From contig NMRA01000015.1 of the NCBI GenBank assembly GCA_002633005.1, positions 1,043,933 through 1,107,932 of the forward strand: a DNA stretch of 64,000 nucleotides, read 5' to 3'. Position 1 is the stretch's first letter. Every line of letters begins with the position of its first letter. Source of the stretch: Phoronis australis. Lineage: Eukaryota > Animalia > Phoronida. This document shows positions 51,801 through 63,800 of this stretch, piece after piece. The notes beneath the pieces are model-generated. The model was not told the DNA's origin and did no database searches. It saw only the letters and a program-made list of their open reading frames with translations. The position numbers and the translations under genes were made by a program.

Positions 51801-54800
51801 GGTCAGGATTTGTTCACTACTCAGATTTGTCTAAATCAACGTTATTTTTGATGGAAAACAGATTTATAGCGTCTTGAGTTGTTGTTTCAAATAAATAACA
51901 CTAGCATGTCCTCTGTTACATTGAAATGTGTACTGAACAATATTCCAGTCACTTAGACTACTGATTATTGGTGGACAGTTCTGAGAGCACAGAATTCAAT
52001 GTAAATGATGTGATTTGAATTAAAAGGACAAAAAAGTAAAACTCAAAGATTGTCCGCAACAAATTAGAAGACTTTTAACATTTGTTACTGCTTGCATATT
52101 ATAGATTTCTGCATTCAGTCACGTAACATTTCAACAATAATAATAATAATAAACATTATTTATTGATTTTGTATTTGAGCAGCAGTTATGGTATAAATAT
52201 TTATCTTGATAGTTCTTAGGGTAGCAATGAGCATGTAGTCTTGTTTTTGAGTACTGTCTTTGAAATGACATTTTTTAATCCAACAACTTATCAGAGTTTG
52301 CTTTCACGAGTCTTTACGGCAACTTCCAGTTTTGAGTTGTGACATATTTAGAGTGCCTTCACCATGTTTATGTCTTCTTAATGGTGATAGATTGAAACCA
52401 CTTGGGAGTCATTAAGCAGTTAAAACAAATTTCATTGGATGACCTTGGATTTATCTGCTTGGCACCTTTAAACCTGTTCCCACATTAGTGGATTTTTTGT
52501 ATTGGCGCTCTCTAAAGTACTGAGAGCACGAAAGCGAATTCCATTTGATCCCAACTCTCATTTGGTGGACAGAAATTCACTTCTACATAGTGGTTCATAA
52601 ATTTAAAAACAGAAGATTCAATCCCATTGTTATTCCCTCCCATTGTTCGATTTGGTTAAATTCACTGAATTATTTTAGCTTTTTGACATCAGCTGGAATC
52701 GAAATTCTCCACCTTTATCAATCATAGCCTTGACTTTGTTGGGCGTGGATTCTGCCTCGCAGTGGGAAATATATGGGACATGATGTCCTTCGTCCATGGA
52801 TATTTCAAGGGTTTGCCTTTTTCTCGTAAGCCATTTGTATACCCCCACCGTACACCAGTGGAAATTTGTCGACATTATGCACTATAACACTGTTTATGCA
52901 GTCCAGTAGGTTGAAACCTCACATCCACATTACATGGGATCTGTAGGAAGCGCTGAATGCCTGTCCACCAAAGACCCGATCACCGTCTGGCGGCATAGTG
53001 CACGGCTATTTCCAAAATCAGCCGTTCTTGTTATTGCTTAAGGGGACGTTATCGTCTTAATACACCCATGTTGTTATTACTTAAGGGGACGTTATCGTCT
53101 TAATACAGCCAAAAATCATCTTTGAGATTATTATTGTATGGAATACACTTTTTGAAGATACTAACTCTGATCAGAGCTACAAAGTAATTAAATTAATTGT
53201 TTTTGTGATGTTATCACTTATCGCTGAATCTTGCCGTGGTCTGACAGACATTCACTATAGGACTTTACCAGTTAAGTGTATAAATATATCTTATTCAGTG
53301 AGGCGTGGAATATGTTGCAAGCAGTTTATCTCGTTCAATCCGCCATCTTTTTGGTCACATCACGTGACCTAATGAATATAAGTCTGAAAAGATTTCTGCC
53401 CCCGACCGGGACTCGAACTCAGCACCCATGATCATGGGTAAGATGCCCACTACTAAGTCTGATTGGATTTCTGTGTTTGACCAGTGGTTCCGAGCGCCTG
53501 CACAGTGAGCTGAAGGTCCTGGGCTCGAGTCCCGGTCGGGGGCACAAATCTTTTTGGACTTCTATTCATTAGATCACGTGATGTGACCAAAAAGATGGCA
53601 GATTGAACGTGATAAACTGTTTACCAGTTAAATACCTTTAAAATACCCTGCCGGTTATCGAGTGAGATTTAGCTCCATCTGCAGAGCGTTTGACTGAGAC
53701 TGTGAATGTATGAGATTCGAGTGTGCAAAGAGGTTGAACCGTTTGATTTCAGGAAGCCACTTTTCTCATCGATAATGCCACTTTAAATGTGGTCACGACA
53801 GAAAAATTTGTCTTATTTCAATTAGTAGCGATTAAAGTAATGTATTTTAACCAAGAAACACTTTGAAAATTACAAAATAAAAGAAGTAGTTTGATGTGGG
53901 TAATGGAGCCTATCTCCGCCAGTTTACACGAGCAGATTGAATATATTGAGCTTAATCAGGAAGCATGACCTAAAGAATTTACTTGGAGGTGATTAAATGC
54001 ATTACCGGTATGTACTTTTAATGGATACAGCTGGTGTAACTTCAGAAGATAGTGTTTATTGTTTGGATTTAAAAAAATATGTATCCTGTTTTTTACCTTC
54101 TGGTGAATAGGTTAGTTTTTCACAGTATGGAATGTGTTACGACACGACTGGTTAATAACACCAAGTTCTTAATTTTTTTGATATTACATGGGCAAATCAC
54201 CAAGTAGTGCAAAGTAAAAATCCATACAACTTACATTTTATCGTCTACAAAACACTAAAACAAGCAAACGTGCACGCCAACCAAACAATGTTGGAATTCC
54301 GAGAAGGGGACAAGGTTATGACTGACAAATCGGGTGTCGCAACATTAGTGTACGTACTCCTAGTTGGGATTTTGACGAAATTTCCAAGAGGTTTTGCCCA
54401 TGTCATAAATCTGAGACTAGTGTAGGATTCTCTATTTCTCATGTTAAGTCATGTATTGTAGCTGGTGACGTGAAAATATTCTGAAAAGTTGTAGGTATTC
54501 CCAACAATGTTAGAAGCTCTTGAAAAACAAAAATTGGCCAATTTTGACCATCATTTTTCTCCAAAACTGGCAAAAGTTGCTTCGTGTGATTGAAAGTTTT
54601 AGACACATCAAGTTTTTCAGCAAAAAAGATCGATTTTACGGTTCATGTGAGAAAACAAATCCTGTACTCGTCTCAGATTTATGACATGCTGTTGTCATAA
54701 ACCTGAGACTCGTGTAGGACTCTCTATTTCTCATGTTGTTTAACTTGGACAATTTCTTCATTCACCCATGCTGCTTTGCACAAACATCTTGTAAATTGGT

Positions 54801-57800
54801 TTTACTATCTAGGGGGATTGATTAGGAAGATGATTGTTACTCTTGAATAGATCATCAAGTAATTATTGTTTTTTCTAGCCAAGAATGCATGCAGAGCTTT
54901 CCTCTGGAACACTGAAATAGCCCAGTGTTTTCACTCTTGTCAAATTATAAGAACGCTATCTCTTTGTGGTGTTGTCTACAGTAACACTTAAACAGTTTTA
55001 CAATTTCACACAATTTTATAGCACTCTTGACATTGTGATAGCTCGTTTCTGTGTTTAATGCAAGGCAGTTCTTCTTGGCTTTGTTCCAGTGATTCAGTTA
55101 GTTTCCGTGGTGATAGTTCACGCAGAGCAAGTGCGTTATAGCTGGCTAACAGTTTGCAGAGCGTGATGAGTTAAATCATTTGAAATATTATGTAAAAAAG
55201 TACTGTGATCTATATCTTCTTTCCAGCTGCTATTTTCTAAACCCCATGTTGCTTTGCAGGTGGGGCTGAATTTCAATTTAAGATGATGTAGGACCTTAGA
55301 AGAAATGTGCAGTAATTTGGCCTGCTTCAGAACATCATATCTCAGAAATGTTGATTGGACTCGTATGAAATTTTCTGAAACTATGCTTATGCACTGTTCT
55401 ACAAGAGGTTGTTAGGAATTATTTGTAACTTTCCACTTTTGCATAAAAGGTTATCAAAATAGGACTTTTGTGATTTCATAAAAAAACTCAAAAATGTGCA
55501 TGAAAAGGAAAACGAAACGAGAATTTAAAAAACTGTTACAGCATATTTGAGATTTCATTTTGTTTAGGAAATTAAAACACTTGACCCAGTTGACCCTTGT
55601 TGACTAATTGAACTGGATTTCACATTTGTGATGTCACAATTGTTACAAGTACATGACAGGATGAGTTGAGTAGACTTTTCAGTATCCACACTATCTGTGG
55701 TAAACTGTTTACTGACTGTTTCTTGGTTTCATCCATAGTTGAAAATGGAGCATAATAGTTTCAAACATGGGTTTACTCATGCTGCTATTCCTAAACAGTT
55801 TTAAAATTGCATGCCTGAAGACAAAAGTATAAAAGTTCAATTTACCTTCAAATTCAGCATAGCAATCCAAAAGCACCATCTTTTCTAAACTCGTATCTTT
55901 GAAATCTCTCGCTCATTTTCTCGTACCTCCTGCAGCATATCACATAACCCCTCGTTAAAACACTTAACTGATAAATGCAATGTTTTAACATGGTTCTTAA
56001 CTGGAGTACAGGTGTCACGTCTCCCAATAGCCAGGTAGAACTCTGATTAATTTACAGGTTTTATCATGAACAAAATTGCCTGTACACTCCTTAGATTTAG
56101 TATTATTAATCTACAGTGGATGCCATATACTCAGGATGTCACATGAAAAGACGCAAGGTTTTGCTAAATCTCCTTGTTTATATTGAAAATTTTATTGTAA
56201 TTCAGTTGTTGTTTGGCCAATGAAATGAAAAATATGTAGCATTAATTGATTCTGGCCTGTACCCAGCTTTTTGTGATACCTGCAGCCCATGGCTTGAATG
56301 AGGCGATGCTGGGTAAGAAAGAGTATGATTCTGACCAGGCGACATTGGAAGAAAAGAAAGAATCCTGACCATGATTTCAGGCGGCTTGACGTGATTTTTT
56401 CTTTTTGAAAATATGGACAACTTAAAACACCATATTACGACATCAGTTTTTAAAAAATACAGACTAGAACCAATGAGAAACATTCTAAATACAACTATGT
56501 AGCATTGTCATAGCACAGATGTGTCTGGCTTGACCCAATTTCTAATTCTAGTGAGCATGTTGAGTCGAGTTGACAGGTATGAAATTCAATTTTTTCATGT
56601 ACAGGTGTGAGACATTGGAGATTTTTGTGTGAATGATTCGAATATCACACTTCACAGAAGTGACATTTTGATGGCATGATGGAGGCAAAAAATTTGCAAA
56701 AATGGTGGGAAATATCCCACTGCATGAAAACCATACGAGAATGCTGATCACTGTCCACCAACTACCCTATCGCCATCTAGTGGCAGGGAGTTTAATCATG
56801 TCGCTTCCGTATTGAAAATGATCATTTTTCTATTTTCTGTGGCTTTCATCATGAAAAGTTGTATCATATCTTGTCTATTAAGTTAACGCTCAGAGCATTT
56901 AAAGTGAGAATTAAAAAATCATTTTATAGGTGTTATGATGTGTAAAACATTCAAGAGTAAACTTATTCTTGTAGAACAACCAATGCACAGTGTCTGAGGG
57001 ATTTCGGGTTTAACCCGAATTTAGGCAAATCAGTTCTTGTTACTGAGACAACAGGTTTCATGTAATAAATGTTTAGAGGAATTGTTTTTAATTGGGATTA
57101 AAGAAGTTATGTGGCACCAATGGAAGAGGCTACTGACATTTAGGTCCACTTAATTATTAAAGAATTATTCCACTTAAGTAGTAACATAAAAATTCTCCAA
57201 TTTGGATGACAGTCTCTAAAATTTAAGACATCGGGTCAATTCAACATTCGGCTAGGGCACAGAACGCTTTGTTTCACAGAAAATTTGTACTGTGAACAAA
57301 AGAAGGGAAGTTACACTTTGATTTATTTGACAGCATTTTCAACACCTTTGATAACAATTGCATTGGTCAGTTCAAGAAAAGTCATTTGATATTTTTATCA
57401 AAATGTATTTTCTTCTATTTTAAGTTGCATATTACATACTAAGTACTTGAATACAATTGCAACTATTAGTCAATGGCACTTGCGATGTGGCATCACAACA
57501 GTGTAGCAAAATTAAAAACAATATGTCCTAGGGATAATTATTGTTTTTTTAAATTAAACTTTGCCATATATTTGTACCCCGGGCATAAAAATATTTCCAG
57601 GTGATCAGTGCAATGGGCCCACATGCGAGGCCTGCGCACGTGTGGTACAACGTGTATCAGACGCCTGCAATTATTTATTTTATTATATATTTGCACCCCG
57701 GGCATGTGCGTAAGACATAAAGGTTTTGCTTGCCGATAGCTGCATTGTGATAGGATGTTCTCCTTCAAATGTTGCATAGTGATTACATTGTAGTAACTCT

Positions 57801-60800
57801 ACACTGGGTAATTAACTCATTGTCCAATTGTGATTATAAGTGTCAGAATTGATTGATAGTTTTCCAGGGTTGTTTTTGATTGAAAAATCATGTAATTCTT
57901 AATTCATTTCCTAAATGTAAATTCACACAACAGAAAACACTTACTTTCTGGACATCAAATTCAACTTTGTACCTTTGAGAAACGAAAGTGGTATTCTTCG
58001 GCAGATTAGCCCGAAGTCTATAATTACCGATTCGCATGCGAGTGAGCTGTGAAGTACTGCTGGAGTGCTAACCACTAGGTCGTCACATCTCATTTCCTTG
58101 ACCTGTTTCTCTTATAGACATTTTGAAGCAGTCATAGTTGCGAATGACCATACTTTAAAGTAATCTTGATCAAAACTTGGATGTATTTTTCTGTTGTGCG
58201 ACTAAGAATGGTACCATTGTAATCTTCCTCACCTTTGCAGTCGTTAGTGTGGACTTGTCATTATATTGCACTTATTTAGCACACTCCCATCATTTTACAC
58301 AGTCACCCAATATTACTTGTTAAAATAATATTTTGTCCTTCACCTATTTCACTCCAGGCTCTTTATTTGGAATTTCTTGCCTCACCTAATTCGCACACAG
58401 TCAGTTTTACAATTCGGAAATTATCAAACTCAAAGCCATGTAATTCTAGTAATACACACATCTTTACTCTGTTAATAAGGTGTTAAGGTTGTGGATTCAC
58501 CACACCTATGTGATGTCTCATACTGTAATAAACATGAGGTAAAAGGGATGACATGGATGGGGGTCATGTCAGTCAGTCATGTGCTCAACACAGTGTTTCA
58601 TCAATGGTACTCTTTTATTGGAATAATGTAGTGTCACTTTATTAACATTAATTAGATCACGTTGACAATCCTTAGGCTGCCTTTTGTTAAAGTTGCACAC
58701 CACCAGTTGGTGATTTTGGTTACTCAGTTAGTTCTACATATTTGTCAACTATGAACTCTTTATATTCAATTCAGTCCTCCATGCTGTGGTTAACGCCAAG
58801 TTGCATTTGGCGACCTTGCAAAAACCCAAGGTCGCCAAACGAAATCTGAGGCGGCCAACCGTGAAAAACCCGTACAATGCCAATTCTCAGGATCTTATGC
58901 ATACCTCTCCATTTCTCCCTGTAAATATACATTCTGTAACTCAGTTCCTCCTACCATTGAACAAAGTAGAACGTAGATGATCGCATACACTTATGGCATG
59001 TAATTGACTGATCTTGCCCGAATTTTGCTAAGCAGTTCCGGCTTTCGTCTGTTGTCTGTTTACTTCCTGTTGTAGTTTAAGCACATTTCATGTGTGCTAA
59101 CTGCTGTGGTGGCAAATGCGCTGATTTCACGAAATAAACGGGAACAATTGTGATAGGGTAATGAATCTAGGAAAAGTTTGGAAGTCAATACAAATTTTGA
59201 AACAAATTTAGGGAGAATTATTGCTGGACTTTGATACTCGCACTTGGCGACTTGAACTTTTCCCTAGTCGTCAAACACAATATGGAGTCGCATTGACAGG
59301 TTGCCACATGGAGTGCTACAGTTGATACACCCCGACTCTCAGGAAAATATATTTATAATCATTTATTTTGCACCAAATAAATGGAGAATTAGTATGCCAT
59401 TGTCTCGATTCTGTCTTTGATTTGCATGTGTCCCATTGTCTGTTAGACATACAATTTGTGTGTCAGCCATTATTGAAACAAGAGGGACCACCACCTTAAT
59501 TGTCTTGCTGGTAAGAAACGCAGTCAGGTCATAGGGATTTCAAAAATAGAGACATCCAAAATGCGTTTCCCCAATTTTTCAAGGCATCCATGAGCAATGA
59601 CTTGTGACTATATTTTTATGCGCCCACATATTTATATGTGGACGCTTTATGCCGTCATCTCTGTCCGTCCGTCCGGGCGGGCGGCGTCCGTCCGGCGTCC
59701 GGCGTCCGCTGCTTTATCTCCAAAACCCTTTGACATACGTTCATGAATGGGACAGCATTTGCGAACTTTCGTACGGATCCGAATACCGGTGTGCCCCCTA
59801 GTGGCAATTTTAGTTTTTTACGCTTACCTTTGTATCTTCAAAAGTCATGAACGGATTTTCATGAAATTTGGTATGTAGGCACCTATTAGTGAGATGACGC
59901 TATCCTCCCGTTTTCAGATGGATTCGCGATAGTTTACGCCACCTAGTGGCCATTTTTATTGTTTTCGAGTCGTTTTTTGTGCGTGCACCCTTCTATCAAC
60001 CAAACCGCTCAAAGGATGATTATGAAAATTGGCATGTATATGCTTACTATGTAGAGGACGGTTGATGATGATTTTCCGACGATTTCGACTACTGTGGGGC
60101 CTCCTAGTGGCAGTTTTTTTTTTTTTGCGCCTATGGCTGTATCTCCTAAACCGTTTGCAGGATCTTTACGAAATTTAATAAGTGTATTTGTATGATGTTA
60201 ACAACAGGCGATGACGACTTTTGGACGGATCCGCCTACCAGTGTGCCCCCTAGTGGCAATTTTATTTTTTTACATTTACCTCTGTATCTTCACAAGTCCT
60301 TAACGGATTTTCATGAAATTTGGTATGTAGGCACCTATTAGTGCGATGACGCTATCCTCCCATTTTCGGATGGATTCGACCTAGTTTGCGACACCCAGTG
60401 GCCATTTTTACTGTTTTTGAGTCTGTTTTTTGGCATCCACCCCTCTATCAACCAAACATTTTGCCCCTAGCCTATTGAGGAGACAATGACCATGCCTTTC
60501 CATTTTCCAAAGTACAACATACTACATATATGCCCTCTACTGGCCACTTTATGGTACCAATAAACAACCCTAGAAGGATACCGTATACGGTGCTATTGTG
60601 GGTGCATTTCAACGCTCTGCGTTGCTCTTGTTATGACTTCAAGTCAAATACTCCTGGTGTTGTAGTATCAGTGGCTCTTCAAATTAGAACATATTATGGA
60701 AAAGAAACAGTAAAATTTTCTTTATCAAAATTTTCAGTAAGAGTGAACAAGAAGGCAGTTTTACTTGATTATTTCTTACTGACAGTACAGCTGTCATTAA

Positions 60801-63800
60801 GAAATAGACAATGAAATTTGAAAAAAACTTTTGTCAACACAGTGACCATTTGTAAACTTATGGCAACACAGTGAGCATTTGAAAAATAGAAAAATGATAA
60901 TTTTGGCCATTATTTTTGTTCAAACATGAAGTAATTTTACCTTATACGTAATATCGACCAGAAGTAATTTCGCACGTCGATGACTTAATTCTGCACATTG
61001 TTACGGCTATCTTTCTCACGGTGACTGGCTGTGTTAACCATTACACAAAAATGTTCAAATGGTCAGGCGATACAAATGTAATTATCATTCTCGACGCAGT
61101 ACATGGAAATTATGTTACAAATGGAAATGTAAAAGCACACAGGCATAGTATCATGGCCAATACAAATTAAATTATTGTATAATTTTAGTGCGTTGTCCGA
61201 TCAAAACTCATTTTGATAGCTGCGTTAGCTAATTTTGTTCTCAGTGGAACTTATTGACTAATGGTAGATGTTAAGTTTGTCTTTCACCCGTATTGAATGT
61301 TTTTCAAACAATGGAAAAACGGTGTATTAACTATGGAGGTCAATGATCTCTTGCTTGTGAGATATACAGTAAATGCCAAAAGAAATCGGACAAAATACTA
61401 TTTCCAAATCATGTTGGTCAGTTCTGCCTGCAGATTGTTTTCGGTTATTTGCGGATGTAAATGATGGGTAATGGCGCGTCATCCCCGCTGTAATCTGTTT
61501 CTCACAAACTTCCGTTGATGGTAAATTGTATATTGAGTAACTACGGCATATGTCAACAACTTGATTATCATCGTAGTTTGTTACCCTAGCTCTAAGTTTA
61601 CTGATGTCACTGAGGAAAGCATGTTCTTAAAAGTATTTTGCTTTAGCTTTCGATCACTGAATGTTTGGTGTATTTTCGATTACAGCACTTAACGGACGCT
61701 GTTTAAATGCGGTATAAGACCAGCGCCTACATACAACTCAGTGGTCGTAAAATCATCAAGAACAAAAACTGTAAACTTTTGCAAAATATGCACATAGCGT
61801 CAATGATTATCCGCAGACAGGAAGATTGTCCTGGTGAATGGAGTTGCGCATTTTGCAAGCACAACCACCACAAGTGATTAATTTGCGCTTCTTAGTGTCA
61901 CCCACGCATAACATCTTTGAGCATGACATATGATTCATTGGAATGCATGTTTCAATGAATCCAATGAACCAGACATGAAGTGCAATGATTCAACGATCCA
62001 TTGGATTCAATGAAGCATGCAGTCCAATGAATCAAATGTGAAGAAGATTTATTGACGTTTGAGTCAGGAGAGTACGCAATAATAATATCACACTGCATTG
62101 AATTTAAGAAATAAAACATGAATATTAAGGCAATTCTGGTGCAACTTCCAACAGAAATGGCTGATTTTTGAAATAGCCACACCTTATTGATATTAACTAA
62201 CCCTGGCAGACAGTGGTGAGATCTTTGGTGGTTAGGTGTTCACTGCCACTTACAGATCCCGTGTAATGCGAATGGGAGGTTTCTACCTACTGGTATCAAC
62301 AGTGTTTCAACACCATTCCTTCTGTCAAATTTCCACTGCTGTGCAGTGGGATACCAATGCCTTACGAAAAAAGGCAAGCCTTTTGAAGTATCAGTTGATG
62401 AGCAAGGACATTCTGTTCCATACATTTCCCTCTGCGAAGATGTATCCGGGACATAGCCAGTGGCTGCAACTTATAAAGCGGGAGAATTTCGATCCCAACC
62501 GATGTCTAAAAATAGCTAAAAAAATAGTGGACTTCAACTAATAAAACAATGGTAGGGTCTGACAGTTGACTTTATTCCTTTGCTACGGTGATTAGGAATA
62601 ATGGGATTTTTGTGTTTTCTTTTAGTTTGCACTACATTATTTTAGTAACATCATTGTTACATTATCATAATTAATTTTATTTCTGTATCAGGCATTGGGG
62701 TCTTGGGCCATATAAGTTCCACTAACTGTTTCTGCAGATTTTGTTTGAGTTAAATTTCCCGTCATTTTCCAAAATAGCAGCAACGTATAGAAATAAGCTT
62801 TACCGCTAGATGGCACTGGAGTACTTTGTGTTCACTTGTACAGTGCCACCTCCACTTTACCTGTCACTTAAGTGGAGATTTAAGGGGGTGATGTATAACA
62901 GTCAAATTGAATTTTCATAAATTTTTTGCAATCATGCTGTCAAATAACCTCTGTTGTCGTGATATACTCAATCATATGTTAAGCGTAAAAAACAAAACAT
63001 CACAGAATGTCTGTGAATGAAATAAATTGCCTTTTGTTTTGTTCAACTGTGTTGCGCATCAGAGCCAGGTTGCATAAAAGTTATACGCTGCATAAAAACA
63101 ATGACGTCGCATTATCACGCGTCATGTTGTTATTGTTGAACAAAGCACCTTAAGTCATGCAATAATCAAACTTATCCAGCAAATAATTTTGAAGTTTTAT
63201 GCAACCCAGCCCAGATTTTTGAAATTTAGTGTTCTCTAAATGCTAATTGTTGCCATATGTCTGCTATTGCCTGAGTACCTATGAGAAGGAGTGTAATCTG
63301 TTCATTTTCAGGCGTTTGGCGCGAAGCCTGGGTGAAGCAGGTGCGATTGAGCCAGAGACGGAGGGAATGTTGGTTGAGAATGGTGTGGAATTCAGAGAAT
63401 TCTCACAACAAGTTAGTTTTTTGATCACACAGATTTTCAAACGTAATAATTTTGTTTTTTCTCTTGAACTGTTGATTGCACTAGGTTTGAGATCAGTACA
63501 AATTTGCAGTAGTTTTGAGATCAATATAAATTTGCACTAGCTTTGAGATCAATATAAATTTGCACTAGCTTTGAGATCAATATAAATTTGCACTAGGTTT
63601 GAGATCAATATAAATTTGCAAATTTAATTAAATCACATCCACTTTGTAGTGCCTGTCAGCACAACTTTCAAAATGGAATTTATTGCTGTGTTTAGAAAAA
63701 CTGACCAATTGTGATTATTTGAGGAAAAAAGTTTTTGAAAAGATGATCAAGTTTAATTTCTACACAAAAACTCGCAACTGGCACTCAGTTTCTCAAAAAT

